A DNA stretch of 64,000 nt from Octopus vulgaris. Lineage: Eukaryota. The notes below the pieces were generated by a model. It was not told the origin of the DNA. It searched no databases and saw only the letters and a program-made list of their open reading frames with translations. The position numbers and the translations under genes were made by a program. This document shows positions 41,051-55,562 of the stretch, piece after piece (the first letter of the stretch is position 1; each line of letters starts with the position of its first letter). The stretch is taken from the NCBI GenBank assembly GCA_951406725.2, contig OX597818.1, positions 122,574,001 to 122,638,000 on the forward strand, in the 5' to 3' direction.

Positions 41051-41851
41051 TATCTATCTATCTATCTATCTATATATATATATATATATATATATAAATT
41101 TATGAAATAGCAACAACCAACGCAGGGAACAGGTGTAAAATGAATAATGAATACTCGATATATGCCATAAATCAATGAGTATTTAGAAAGCCAGGGACTT
41201 TATGTGATATAGGATGCAAATACAGGTATGAAATCTCAAAGTTTCACTGGAAATAAAATAAACGGCCAGTAATCCACAAGATGATGTTTCCTTAGAAGTG
41301 AAAATCAGACAGAATCTACCAGGAAGAACGCGGATACATTAGGTTCAAACTCACTTTCGTACCACATAGGATTCTACATATATGGGTAAATAAATATATA
41401 TGTATGCATATACATATATATGTGTGTGCGTGTGTGTTCATATTTATTTATGTCCCCCTCTTTCTCTCTCTATCACGCTCTAATTACGAAATGTATACAT
41501 ATGATTTCGAAGTGCACGATTGCATCAGTTCACTGGACGGTGCTCTGAGGTGGCTGTAGTATTTTTTTAGATTTAGAAGAAACAAATTGAGGTCATTACT
41601 TTGTTTAAGTCTAGTTCTTATTGTATCGGCCACACATGCCGAACGATTATGCAAGGGGGCCATAATCAAACGTTCACCGGTTGCCAAGTGGAAGTGGGGA
41701 AAACAAAATGACACTTACACACTCATTGATATATTTACACTTGTGCAAGGTGCCACGCAGTAGATCTGAACACAGATGTGGTTGGGAAGTGAACTTTTCA
41801 CCACATGGATACACATATATGATGTATGTATGTATGTATGTATGATGTATG

Positions 41852-41885
<34 letters not shown>

Positions 41886-41896
41886 TGTATATACGT

Positions 41897-42654
41897 AACT
41901 TAGAATAACTTAGAAAGGTTTTGGCCAGTATTGGCCCAGGCCATGTCTAACTTAATAGCACCACCTGGCGAAGTCTTTCAGTTCAGGATTTGGGCACCAA
42001 GGCCCATAGGAGCAGAGAGTTATTGTTTGCGGAGACATATCCGGGTGTGGGTGGTTTGTCCGGTACTGTTTGAAGGAATTTGTCCAAAGACTTCTTGAAT
42101 TTTGTGTGGTCAGTTTCTTTTTTGACGTGTCCTGGTGTAATGTTGAAGAGAGCGGGTCCAATTGAGGTGAAATAGTTGTGCCGTATTGTCGTTATGTGAT
42201 GCGATTTAGATTTTTGTTGTGGACGGATGGCACGTGGTCCAAGCCTTGGATGTATTTTGAAGGTGATGCCAACATCATTCGGACAGTGCTGATGGAATAT
42301 TTTCCACATCATACAAATAATGTAGCGTTCACGGCGTCGTTGGAGTGAATACAATTTCAGCTTCTCTAGTCTACCCCAGTAGTCAAGGTCTGACATACCA
42401 TCTATCTTTTTTGTGATTGACCTTTGGGGAGCTTCAATTCTCATAATATTTTGTTTTGTGTAGGGAGACCACAGTGGACAGCAGTATTCAAGGTGGGGTC
42501 GGGCAAAAGTGGAGAAGAGAAGGATAATAGCGTGGGAATCTCTCGACTGGAAGGTTCTGAGAATCCAGGAACACATTCTGCGGGCCATGTCAACTTTGCT
42601 GCTTATATGTGTAGCCCAGCTTATGTTGTTGTCCACTGTTACTCCCAAGTCACG
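41897..42654 (-). mobile_element. 5'-truncated CR1-group LINE 3' end with an open frame
   Basis: RDLGVTVD..RPHLEYCCPLWSP..LYSLQRRRERY..KFKKSLDKFL in ORF 41983-42819, whose N-terminus is microsatellite read-through. (TTCTAAGTTA)2 tail. Confidence 0.92.
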
Positions 42655-42749
42655 TATGTAGGTATGTATGCATGCATGTATGTATGTACGTAAGAATGTA
42701 TACACACACATATATAATATCCATATATAGTGTAGAGTGTGTGAATGTG

Positions 42750-42802
<53 letters not shown>

Positions 42803-42965
42803 AAAATGAGGGTGAACAAATTGGATATTAATTTAATAACATCAATTTAACACCAGTGCTTTAGCGCATAAAAAACTGAGATTCAGTAAATATTATTAAT
42901 ACATAAATATGAGATGATCTCTTTTTAGCGTTAGGGCGTCCACATAGTGAATTCTCTCACATATT

Positions 42966-43023
<58 letters not shown>

Positions 43024-44209
43024 CATGTGTGTGTACGTGTGTTCCAAATTACCATTTGTCAGAAGCAGCAAAAATTACGATAGTAACGCTGCTGTATTAT
43101 GTAATTCTGAATATTTTTCTTTTAAAGATCAAAATGCAGCCACGTTTTCCTTGTCGTTCATCGATACTGGAGCGATAAAACGCGTTCCTTCAACTGCAGT
43201 GTACCATATAATTCATTATCCTCTCCTTTCCTTTTAACTTTGTGTGTGCAGAAACTGTAACTATTCTTAATCCTAAGCCGCTTACGTTTAATGTCTTCAT
43301 CGAATTACATACAGAAATAAGTAGTTGGGACTTGATTCTAATTTTGGTATAAGTGTAGGGACTTTAGAGGGTGGTTGTTAGCCGATACCATCGATCCTTG
43401 TACATTACTGGTATTTTATTTTACGAAAGCCAGAGAGATGTCAGGCAAAGATTACTTTGGCAGTATTTGAAGACTGTGAAAAGAAACAATTACCGTCCTA
43501 AAAATTTAATTCCGCGTAAATTAATTAGATTTCGCTCACGGCAACACTTTGGGTGAGTAAAGCAGGGAATTTCCTCAATATATCTGGATCTGCGAGAATT
43601 AGCAGTCAGATCTCCCTCAAACACTAATCCACCGTTTTAAAGAAGAAAAAAAAAGGAAAGATCAAATTTAATGACGTAGTCCACAGAACACAGAATCTAG
43701 GGTAAAATGGATTACTAACAGCTGGACTATATTTACTAAGACTCCAGCACAATGATGGTTGAACAGCGACTAAAGGACACTACCAACATCACCTCATTTA
43801 GCACCGCCGCCACCAGCGCTACCAACTCCATCACCAACAAGAATAACGTCATCAATTAGAATTTCTGAAATAAAGCTGTAACATCTGGAACTTGCCTGTT
43901 AATTCTTAAGCATTGTCCAATCTATCAACAGCAGAAATGGCAATATAAATCTGGCTTAATGCCATGAGGTTCATCGAAAACTTCGAAGAGGTTTTGTATC
44001 GTTGTGTTACGAATCTCCCAATAAATCATTTATTAAAAGCCTTCCAATATTAACTGAAGTATTGTGTGAAGTCTTCTTGCAGCAGATTTAAGGAAGGGGT
44101 TTTCTGAAATGATCGATGTGTATATCGCAGTTTTATCCATGGGATAAATATTACTACATATATATCTTTTGAAGATTTGCACATCAACCTCTTTTCCATT
44201 TAAGAAGTA

Positions 44210-44249
<40 letters not shown>

Positions 44250-44266
44250 ACACACAAACACACACT

Positions 44267-44304
<38 letters not shown>

Positions 44305-44422
44305 GACATACACATACATACACGCATGGACGCACATACACAAACACACACACATATACGCATATAATTATCAATACACATATGCACATATGAATACGTG
44401 TATATATAGATGCAATGATATA

Positions 44423-44625
44423 CAGTAATCACTCGCCATATCGCGGTTTATTATTCAAGCTTACGTTGATTCCTCTGTAGTGTTGTTTTGCATTTATAAT
44501 AAATTAAATATATAAAAATTATAAAAATTATAAATAAACTATACAGTATAGTTTCTACTTCGCTCATTTTCACCTCTCCTGCGTGGTTTTGGAACGTAGC
44601 ACCCGCGATAGTTGGGGAATCACCG
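44423..44625. mobile_element. Pogo/Tigger-like MITE
   Basis: TA|cagtaatcactcgccatatcgcgg ... ccgcgatagttggggaatcaccg|TA imperfect TIRs. Confidence 0.65.
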
Positions 44626-44630
44626 TATCA

Positions 44631-44680
<50 letters not shown>

Positions 44681-44683
<3 letters not shown>

Positions 44684-44976
44684 CGTGATCACCGTGACCG
44701 ACCAGGTTATCAGATGTTGCTACACATCGCTGGTCACAATGCGCTACGCATTGTTTTAGCCTTCAAATGACGCCACCCCGCTGGCTAAGCGAGCAGGCCA
44801 ACAGAAGAAAGAGTGAGAGAAAGTTGTGGCGAAAGAGTACAGCAGGGATCGTCCCCACCCCCTGCCGGAGCCTCGTGGAGCTTTAAGTCTTTTCGCTCAA
44901 TAAACACTCACAACGCCCGGTCTGGGAATCGAAACCGCGAGTCCGCTGCCCTAACCACTGGGCCATTGCGCCTCCA
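44681..44976 (-). mobile_element. SINE family C with tail type 2, flanked by (TA)n
   Basis: Head tggaggcgcaatggcccagtggttagggcagcggactcgcgg; ends in ggtcacggtgatcacggtg. Confidence 0.9.
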
Positions 44977-44986
44977 TATATATATA

Positions 44987-45049
<63 letters not shown>

Positions 45050-45118
45050 TGTTTACGTGTGGGTGGGTGTAAGTGTTTGTATATATACACATACATACAC
45101 CTGTATGTATATGTAAGC

Positions 45119-45153
<35 letters not shown>

Positions 45154-45422
45154 CACAACTACACACACACGCACACTCGCATATACATACATACATTCAT
45201 ACATACATATTCAAAGAGCGGCTTTTTCAATATAATTAAAGAAATGTTATTCCAGTCCTTATAACCAGTTTGAAAGTAATGTTTCTTTAACAGTCCTAGC
45301 GTCCTTATCATGTTGCTGCTATGCTGTTATATCATTGTGAATATCCAACACCGCGCAGCCTTTTACGGCGTTAGTCAGAATTTATTCTGCAGCCTATAAC
45401 CTTACACAGTTAAAATATATAG

Positions 45423-45713
45423 GTTGTTTGTTCCTTCTCGAGCCATGCCTAGCTCATAAGGGCTGGTTTCCTAGTTTCTTTGGCGTATAGGTTCCCCGCC
45501 TAGACGGGACGCCGGTCTGCAAGATGCAGGAGGAAAGAGTGAAAGAGAGTTGTGGCGACAGAGTCAGCAGAAGTTCGCTTTTATCATCTGCCGGAGCCGC
45601 GTGGCGCTTAGGTGTTTCGCTCATAAACACACACATCGTCCGCTCTGAGATTCGAACCCGCGATCCCTCGACAGCTAGTCCGCTGCTCTAAGCACTAGGC
45701 CATGTGCCTCCAC
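45423..45713 (-). mobile_element. SINE family C relative with tail type 3
   Basis: Head gtggaggcacatggcctagtg...ggttcgaatc. 11-bp TSD aaaatatatag at 45412-45422 and 45714-45724. Confidence 0.85.
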
Positions 45714-46289
45714 AAAATATATAGTAAGTGATGTTAAATTAATTTATGCCTTGCCACTTACATCATTTGCAAATGTTTTCAGTTAACTAACGTTCACAAC
45801 AGCAACATATTCCTTTGTACACAGTTTGTTTCGCGTTCGCTTAAAAATTGTAGAATAAATTATTAACCATGAATAATTGAACTATGCCTTCTGAATCTTG
45901 GAGTTTGTCTTTCTTCACCGTGATATTCAATCCTGAATTTTATAACATTTACTACATGCTCCAAATAATTGTTGACTTTCTGTACTTTGTTACATTGTTG
46001 ACGCATAGTAATTTTTTATAATTTGGTGGATTGGTGAATATTTCTTTTGGAAATATTCTCTAAAAAAAATTTTGTAGCATAACCATACTACAGAAAGTGT
46101 GTTTTCCACTTATGTTGACTACATTTCGTTTCGCTTTAACTTCGTGTGTGTATATTTAGCTGTTTTCAATATTATCAATTCTATACGTCTATGTGTCTGG
46201 GAGTGTGTGTATGTTTCCGCGTTCGTTAAATCTATAGTAAACTATATTAAAGGCCATTTTACGCCGTTTTCATGGACCCACCTATTATG

Positions 46290-47840
46290 AAGTAGCCATC
46301 CTTATGGTAGGTGATCCCCATGAAAATCGTGATATTGTTAACCGTGCTCGAGATAACAACCTTAAACGTGTTTCAGAGACTCGTCTGTCTCATCATGCTC
46401 TCCAGTTTCCTCTTATTCTCTGGAATGGACAAGATGGGTATCATTTCAATATTCCACAGAGTAAACTTGTAACAGGAGAGCCAATTGCAAACAAAAAGGT
46501 GTCGTCAAATTACTTCTATTCTTACCAACTGATGTTAAAGCCTGAACATTCAAATCAATTACACATGGATCGTAATCTGTTTCTGCAATACCTGGTTGAT
46601 ATGTATGCTATAGATGAGGGTCAGCGTCTCCTCTATATTCATAACAATAAAAAAAAAGCTAAGGGCTAAAATTTATATTCATATCAAAGATGCTCTGAAA
46701 TGGTGATATTCAAAACATGGGGCAACTTATATTCCTCACCTCATCCTTCACAGGTGGTCCGCGATATAGGCACGAACGAACAGAAGCTGCTATGACATAT
46801 GTCAGGGCATATGGAATACCAGATCTTTTTTTGTTAAATTCACCTGCAATCCTAAATGGGAGGAAATAAAATCTAACCTTCTTCCAGTGTTGCATCTTCT
46901 GGTATTGCAACTACCTTGCTCAATGGCGGAAGAACTGCTTATTGCATGTTCAAGCTCCCTCTGCAATGGCAACAGTTCTCCAACAAACTTGCCTCATTGT
47001 TTGGGATGAGGGCAGTCACATCGAGGCGCTCCAGAGGTACTTGACTGTACCCTCCAAGACAAAAGAAACAATAGTACGCTCATGGGATGAGTAACAGTTC
47101 TTCTTGTAGGAGATTTTCGTCTACGGTTGCTAATTATCTCCAAATGATAAAAAAAGCTGATGAGGTCAATGCATGCTTCAAAAATCGCACCTTTGGAGAA
47201 GTGAAAAAACTTCATCTTACAAGCAACATCAGAGTACTTCTAGAAGGTGATCATACGAGCTTCTTAATATTAGTAATGGGATTTTAACATTCAACTCAAG
47301 ACTTCAGCTACATGAAATTACATGCGGTCAAATGATACTATCGCTTAGGGATCTTACGGATAAAGTATTTCTTAATTCATCTGTCAATTACAATGATGTA
47401 AACTGGCTCTGCGAAACAGCAATACGAGACACAACTAAGGAAATGGTTGATAAACGCAACCATGAACTGCTTCAAAAGTTAACAGATACGTCCGAAATGA
47501 CTTTTCGATCAGTTGCAAAAAGTCGACTAAGATCAGGTTGTTCAATACCCTGTTGAATTTCTGAACAAACTTGACCCCAATGGGATGCCACCGCCTAACT
47601 TGACACAAAAACTGGGTGCTCGCATTATGTTGTTTTGGAATCCTGACCCTATGTAATTGAACTAGCGTAATTGTTTTTTCCATGAAAACCATGTCCTACA
47701 GGCCACAATCATAACAGGTTGTCACAAAGGAAGAAATGTCTTTATTCTAAACATTGCTCTCATACCTACAAATGCTCCATTTCAATTTAAGAGGCTTCCG
47801 TTTACAGTCAAACTAAGTTTTTGTATTTCAATTAAAAATT
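46290..47840 (+). pseudogene. Decayed, internally deleted Helitron Rep/PIF1-helicase
   Basis: LQFPLILWNGQDGY, LFLQYLVDMYA, SSFTGGPRY..AMTYVRAYGIPDLF, FTCNPKWEEI, ASSGIATTLLNGGRTAY, LLVGDFR, GMPPPNL, FKRLPF.V. Stops and frameshifts throughout. Confidence 0.9.
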
Positions 47841-47878
47841 CGTGAGCCGAATAGCCTAACCACTAAGTCACACGCCTT

Positions 47879-47921
<43 letters not shown>

Positions 47922-48127
47922 AAGTTAATCCAAATTTGAAAACACAAAGAGAAAACACAACAACGCGAGGACGTGGGACAAGTATAGTGTTATTGGGCAC
48001 TCAGGAAAGGAAAGAAAGAATTTAACGTTTCAAGCGGAGCTCTTCGTCAGAAACATAGGAAAAGGAAAGATCCAAGGAAGGGAAGACGGAGGAGAGAATT
48101 CCCCAACGATACACATGCGGTCACATT

Positions 48128-48131
<4 letters not shown>
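47922..48131 (-). mobile_element. HHR cassette flanked by (TA)n on both sides
   Basis: ORF-less insert of about 210 bp between TA tracts; contains the HHR at 48021-48053; second partial copy at 20365-20460. Confidence 0.75.
48021..48053 (-). ncRNA. Minimal type I hammerhead ribozyme, canonical core
   Basis: Minus strand: ttt-CUGACGA-a-gagc tcc gctt-GAAA-cg-UU-aaa, with palindromic stem III aacgtt. Confidence 0.72.
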
Positions 48132-48166
<35 letters not shown>

Positions 48167-48167
<1 letters not shown>

Positions 48168-48316
48168 CAGAGTCTACTAGAGTAGAGGCAAGTGCTAATA
48201 TATGATTTATAAAAAGCATGTGACATATTAATAAAAATCTGTAAATATAAAATCATACAGATTTCTAAGTACATTATTTCTTCTATTATATAATACATGT
48301 ACATCCCATCCAAACC

Positions 48317-48320
<4 letters not shown>
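48167..48320 (+). mobile_element. Decayed copy of the 15199-15364 cassette family with an HHR remnant (48167-48200)
   Basis: tcta ctagag taga-g-gcaa-gtgc-ta vs ccca ctagaa tggg-a-gaaa-gcgc-ta. Downstream aataaaaatctgtaaatataaa.cat...atttcttcta is shared with 15199-15260(-). Confidence 0.55.
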
Positions 48321-48406
<86 letters not shown>

Positions 48407-48407
48407 A

Positions 48408-48486
<79 letters not shown>

Positions 48487-50172
48487 TACATACACATACA
48501 CAGACACATATATATGGTATGTAAGATTAACCCCGGAATTAACTGCAGAACTAGGAATGTTCTTTCATGTTCTGTAAAGACAGAGCATGATATACATTGC
48601 TGAGGTTAAATGTTATATATATATATATATATATATATGTTATATATATATATTCATGTATGTATGTATCTAGAGGTCGATCGATAGACAGATACATAGA
48701 TATCCATATGTATGATATATAAAATACACATACATGCATATGTACATACACACATGTGCGCGCGCGCACACACACATATATATCTATATATGTATATATA
48801 CTTACATACTTGTAGGTGGTGCTACAGCATGGCCATATTCTAACGGCAGAAACAAATGTAAGGTAAAAGATATACATGCATCTTATATATGCACAAATTC
48901 ACTCTATATGCAGATACATATACATATACATGTGTATGTATTAATATATATGCATGTGTCTGTGTTTGTATTCATAGAAAGAGAGGCATAGAGAACAGTA
49001 GAGATAGACTGTGATGGAAGAGAGTGTTTGTGTATGTATGTATGTATATTAATGTGTATGTGTGTATTTGTACGCAGTTACCATGACCTTTCTCCTTCTC
49101 TCCCGTATAAAACTGATGATGTTTCATGAGTAAAGTTGAATGTTAATGAACGCATTCATAGCCATTCTTTCACCTCTCATGTCATTTATGTTGAAGCGGG
49201 AATTAATATAACAAGTGACCGAGCAATGAGTGAGAGGATGTGAATGTGGGAGCCTGAGAGAGAGAGAGAGAGTGAGAGAGGGAGAGAGAGAGAGAGAGAA
49301 AGAAAGAAAGAAAGAAAGAAAGAGAATAAAGGAAGTAAGAAGGTAAGAAATAAAGAGAAATACGGACAAAAATATATAAATAAATATATAGCTGAAAGTA
49401 CGGAGTGATAGAGATGGAGATGGATGGGAAACTGTGGCCTAATTGTTAAAACTTGTACATTTTTTCGTTTGTTTCCGGCACCTCCTTTCCATACCAGACT
49501 TTTGATAGCATGTCCGGTTAAATTTACAATTATTATACTATTACAGTTTTTACTTGTTTCAGCCAATGGGCTGTGGTCATGCTGAGATGTTATTATTATT
49601 TTTATTATCATTAATCTTATCGTTATCGTTGTTGTTGTTGTTGTTCCAAGTTGAACGGATGTACCAATTCGATACAGTGACACTTACATTGAAAAGAAGG
49701 AAAGTTAAAGAGAAACGAGGCCGGAAGGAAGCAAATACAGAAAAAGAGGAAGGAAAAGCATGAAATAACGCATAAAGGAAAGATTCGTGGTATGAATGAA
49801 TGAAAGAATACATGCGGTGCAGAACAGTGCAGTACGAAGAGATTTTATGAAAGAAGGGAGTTTCTAAAATATGGCATGTTTTATGTGCACCAGGTCAAAA
49901 GGTTGCACCATATTTTACGGATGTCATTTGTGAATATTATTACCAAGTGGATTCGAGTTTGTAAAATTCACTTCCATGACCTTTCATCTTGGCCTTGTTA
50001 AGGACTTTGTGTAGCGATGAGATATTAGGAAGGATGAGACGAGGTCAGGAATGATATGTTGGCCTGGTGTTTCATTTAAATGGAGCCAACTCGCATCTAG
50101 AAAAATCATGATTTAAAACTAATAGCAGAGGAACCTAGAACATTGATACATTCTCAGGACTTATTATTTTAT

Positions 50173-50567
50173 ACCTATTTTTTATTACCCACAAGGGGCT
50201 AAACAAGGACAGACATAGGTATTAAGTCGATTACATCGACCCCAGTGCGTGACTGGTACTTAATTTATCGACCTCGAAAGGATGAAAGGCAAAGTCGACC
50301 TCGGCGGAATTTGAACTCACAACGTAATGCAGACGAAATACCTATTTCTTTATCACCCACAAGGGGCTAAGCACAGAGGGGACAAACAAGGACAGACATA
50401 GGTATTAAGTCGATTACATCAACCCCAGTGCGTGACTGGTACTTAATTTATCGACCCCGAAAGGATGAAAGGCAAAGTCGACCTCGGCGGAATTTGAACT
50501 CACAACGTAACGCAGACGAAATACCGCTAAGCATTTCGTCCGGCGCGCTAACGTTTCTGCCAGCTCG
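50173..50567 (-). mobile_element. SINE family A, dimeric form
   Basis: Two tandem units, reverse complement of the 58115-58529 type. Confidence 0.9.
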
Positions 50568-51128
50568 TGAATTTATGTTTATATTTTGGAAAACAAGTGA
50601 CTATTCCTAATTAGGGCTCATCTTTCCTGGATGTGATACCTTTCTATTTATGAGCGGTTGTAATCGTAAAGACCTTAGATCAAAAGCATTCCGATCGTAT
50701 TCTTCAATTTATTTTTTATGTATCTTCAACTACATTGTTTAATGCTGTCTTTTAGCGTTTTCCAGATTGTGGTTCGCAATTTGAGTTACGATTGCCTAAA
50801 ATATCAAGGAAATAGAGTGACTGAATTTACCCGTAGTGCAGTTGAACTGATTATTATCAATGTATCACTCGTCAATTCCTCTGCTGCCGCAGGTATTTAT
50901 AATAATATGCCATAAGTTTCTGTATACAGTGTTCATTAATAAACATTATATAAATACAACACCTGTTAAGATATAACTAAATTTTAGAATTAAGATTAAA
51001 GATTAAACATGTGTCAGTGGTCTCGCCTAATGTAGCTGTTCACACTAATGGCCATATTGGGGCAAACACTGCTGACAATCTAAGCCAATAAATTATCAGA
51101 AATCATTTCAGTTAGAATTTAGATACAT

Positions 51129-51530
<402 letters not shown>

Positions 51531-51689
51531 TATACTTTTTTCAGTAACTATTTCAATTTCATTGATAGTTGAGAGTCATAAGCAATAAATTTCATATTTT
51601 AGCTGCCCCATTAGGAGCCCATTTCGAGAAGTCTGTTGAAACTAATTAGAATTCAAAATCGAACCCACCAGGACAACGTGTGCCTGAGC

Positions 51690-52503
51690 TGTTGGTTCGT
51701 GGGTCGGATACGTTTTGAGCCGTAAGAGAATATCTTCTCAATGAGCTTGGTGTTAAAACACATGAAAGTAAGAAACAGGCAAGCGAGGCATCTCATACCA
51801 GGTCAATTATTGGAGCAACAGACATTGATATTTTGTCATTGTAATAATGACTATAAGTTAAATGATTTGAAAACTAACTGCTGGCATGCCCCAACGTCTC
51901 ATATCACGGAAAAAATTCGAATAAGAATTAGAAGCAGTGTGTATTGCTAGTTCGTTGATCGGCTGCGTTTTAGGCGCCAGAGAATAGACTCTCAATGCGT
52001 CTGATGTTAAAAACATCTGAGAGTAAGTCATAGGCAAGCGAGACAATTCATACCAGATCCCTTTCGGAGCAACAGACACTGAGCTTTCGCCATTTTTTTT
52101 ACTTTTCAAAGGCCCCTACCGAACAAGGCCTGCTGCAGGCTATGTTGCCGACTCCGATTATATATATATGTTCGATTTTGTTTAGATACTTCCAGCTGCT
52201 TCTCATCTATATTTCAATTTTTTCCGTGACATGAAACGTTGGGACATGCCAACAGATGATTTTCAAATCACACAGCATATTATCGTAGTCGGCGATATAG
52301 TCTGCAGCGGGCCATGTTCGGTACGCGGCATTGAAAAATCACAATGATGATGAAACATCGATGTCTGTCAGTTCGAAAGGAACCTGGTGTGAGTTGTCTC
52401 ACTTGCCTAAGATTTACTTTCAGGTGTATTTAACACCAGGCGCATAGAAAATATATTCTCTTACGCCTAAAAACGCAGCCGACCCATGAACTAACAATAC
52501 ATA
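51690..52503. repeat. Three diverged copies of a roughly 300-bp unit (two direct, one inverted)
   Basis: Copies at about 51690-51936(+), 51937-52160(+) and 52195-52503(-) share gttcgt.g.tcgg..cgttt, aggcaag.gag.ca..tca.accag and gagcaacagaca.tga. Confidence 0.75.
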
Positions 52504-52929
52504 CATATGAGTTCTGTTTACATGCCTGGAGCTGCTTCTGCTTCGTATGTGAATTAGAATTCATCGCTACATCTTCACTCAGTCCATCTGTTCGCCTGCG
52601 TTTCAACGAGACGGGCCCTTATACCATCATGGGAGTAGTGAAATGCGCCATTTTGTTGGAGACAAAACTCGTCATCGACAGACATCTCAGATGTGTGGTA
52701 TGATGGTTTCATATAGTGACTTCAAAAAAAACAAAAAAATCTTTATCAGCCACTGCCTTTTCAACGCACCGCGATGCCCAACGTTAAAAACCCACACCGC
52801 AACAATGAAGCTCAACGATGAGAATCCATAAACATATTCAGCTTCTGGTAGGTTCGCATGACATGTCTCTGTAAAATATAAATTCTCAGAGGCCCAGGAG
52901 TAGCACTATTGGAAAAATATTTACCAGTA

Positions 52930-53094
52930 GGCGCAGGAGTGGCTGTGTCGTTAGTAGCTTGCTAACCAGCCACATGGTTCCGGGTTCAGTCCCACTGCGT
53001 GGCATCTTGGGCAAGTGTCTTCTGCTATAGCCTCGGGCCGACCAATGCCTTGTGAGTGGATTTGGTAGACGGAAACTGAAAGAAGCCTGTCGTA

Positions 53095-53177
<83 letters not shown>

Positions 53178-53400
53178 TTGTGTGTCTGTGTTTGTCCCCC
53201 TAGCATTGCTTGACAACCGATACTGGTGTCTACGTCTCCATCACTTAGCGATTCGGCAAAAGAGACCGATTGAATAAGTACTGGGCTTACAAAAGAATAA
53301 GTCCTGGGGTCGATTTGCTCGACTAAAGGCGGTGCTCCAGCATGGCCGCAGTCAAATGACTGAAACAAGTAAAAGAGTAAAAGAGTATAGAGTAAAGAGT
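52930..53400 (+). mobile_element. SINE family B, full length
   Basis: tRNA-like head ggcgcaggagtggctgtg...ccgggttcagtccc, internal (TA)n/(TG)n, CR1-like 3' end and (TAAAAGAG)n tail. Confidence 0.92.
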
Positions 53401-53696
53401 TCAACCTTAAAGAGTAGTAGTAGTTGCAGCAGCAGCAGGATCAATATGGATTGGTGTTTCCTTTTGTAGCCATAGCTTTCGGTAACTTAAATCAAAATAA
53501 GAAGAGTGTCTCAAACTTTTGGTACCGTAATTAAGAAGAGAAGTGCAAGGTCGATAATGAAAGTAGACTCATGGTACACAAATGCGATCTGTGGGGGCGA
53601 AGTGGACTGAATCGGTAGCCACGGGAATTTCCAGTTCACCCTCCGTCGGAAAAAGGTGGTACCATAAGTTGCAGGAAAATCAATGGTATATATCTT

Positions 53697-53743
<47 letters not shown>

Positions 53744-54095
53744 GGTGGTGGTGGTGGTGGTAGTAGTGGTGGTGGTGGTGGTGGTAGTAGTAGTGTAGGA
53801 GGAGGAGAAGAAGAAGTAGTAGTAGTTGTAGTAGTAGTAGTAAAGTAGTAGTAGCAGTAGTAATAGTAAATCGTAAAGTAATAGTAGTACGAGTAGTTTT
53901 AGGAGTATTAGTAGTAAACGTAGCAGTTGTTGTGGTTGCTGTCGTTGTAGTAGTTGTAGTACAAGTAGTAGCAGTTATAGAAATAGTACTAGTACAGTAG
54001 TAGTGGAAGGAAGAGGCAATGGTTCAGTATAAATGGTTGAAATAGTGGTAGAAGTAGCAGTTGTTTGTGTTGTTGCTGTTCTAGTTGTTCTAGTA
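53697..54095. repeat. (TAG)n/(TGG)n compound microsatellite decaying into low-complexity sequence
   Basis: Direct tandem repeats; source of the poly-S/G/V ORF. Confidence 0.9.
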
Positions 54096-54479
54096 GGCTT
54101 TCTTTCTTTTTATCATCCCCGCCCACTCTCACTTTTGTTTGTCCCTAATATTGTTTAAGAGATAGATTTTACTCTTTCATATTTTGTCAATGAAAGTTTC
54201 AAGTTTCATCTTGCCTTTAGACAGTGCTACAGTTAGGTAGACAAATCGTCAAAGAGAATGGAAAATCCCCAAAGGAAAATTCTCCTTCAAATGTTTTTAA
54301 CAAGCTTCTCTAATATTTACAACGAAATATCGATAGTTAAGGTTTCTGAAATTGTAAAATAAAAGAAAGAATAATTTTATTACAACACTTAAATTTATAT
54401 CTTATTGAGAGTGATTATTATAAAATAGGTCTATTTATTATACTTGTATCTTAACCATAAAAGTTTAAATAATATCAAC

Positions 54480-54558
<79 letters not shown>

Positions 54559-54610
54559 TAATAATAATCATAATAATAACAATAACAGCAACAACAACAA
54601 CAACAACCAC

Positions 54611-54658
<48 letters not shown>

Positions 54659-54670
54659 TATAATAATAAT

Positions 54671-55035
54671 ACTAAAACAATACCTGTTGTCATATGTGCC
54701 CTGGGAATGATAGCAAAAGGGGCTGATCGCTACCTAACTCAGATACCAGGAAACCCAAAAATGGCAGAAATTCAAAAGATAGTGCTCATGGGAACTGCTC
54801 ATATCCTACGCAAAATACTTTCTATGTAATCTCAAGTTTTAAAACAAACATAATTTTCGTTTTTTGGGGTTTTTTTTTACATTCACTAGTACAACACTAA
54901 ATACAAAACCAAATATATGGCACACTAGGTATAACAACATCACGAACTTCCAACCTGTTGTCTCTTGAGGTCTCTGAATGAGACTTGGGAGCCAACGTCT
55001 ACAAATATAAAGCAAAAGTCAAACATAGAAAAATA
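54671..55035 (+). mobile_element. R4/Dong-like non-LTR extreme 3' end inside a (TAA)n array
   Basis: TKTIPVVICALGMIAKGADRYLTQIPGNPKMAEIQKIVLMGTAHILRKILSM* then a 3' UTR; AAT repeats on both sides. Confidence 0.8.
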
Positions 55036-55069
55036 ATAACAATAATAATGAGGATGATGATAATGATGA

Positions 55070-55562
55070 TGGCAGTGACTCTCATGGCTTTTGATCTTAA
55101 CTGGTTGGAAGTGTTATCATATACATTATTTTGGCTTGGTATATAAGATGGGCTACAGTAAATATTCTGCTCAAAAACACAGATTTGCTTGTGAGTTGTT
55201 TGACCGTAACCAGTTGAGCATGTCCCTTAGTGGCTGACGACATGTGCGTCTCTGATCAAGAGAAGAAGTAGTGGGGGGAGCATAATATCCATGTGTTGAG
55301 AAGAATTCTTTCGGGTTCGGATAATTCAGATAATTCATGTACCTTTTGAACAGGATGGACTACTCAACGTGAAGAAGATTCTAACTGGGGCCCCTGCTAT
55401 AAAGTCATACGCTGTTTATCTTGATATGAAGTCACCCTGTCGCGCACATATGGTTGTGACGCATGTGACAGGTGTATCCTTATCAGACGGGTAGTCATTA
55501 TGGGCATATTGGGTTTCGTGTATTTTACCAGTGTCACTTTGATGGCATGCTCTACTCTCACA
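55070..55562. mobile_element. Unclassified non-coding insert within the same AAT/AAC array
   Basis: About 490 bp of complex sequence bounded by trinucleotide repeats; no ORF. Classification as a mobile element is inferred from context. Confidence 0.4.

Noticed and set aside
41228-41283. Minus-strand actgg/ccagt stem followed by GAAA in a TA-flanked segment
   Set aside because: The core (ttgtgga) and cleavage triplet are too degenerate to call, though the segment may be another cassette.
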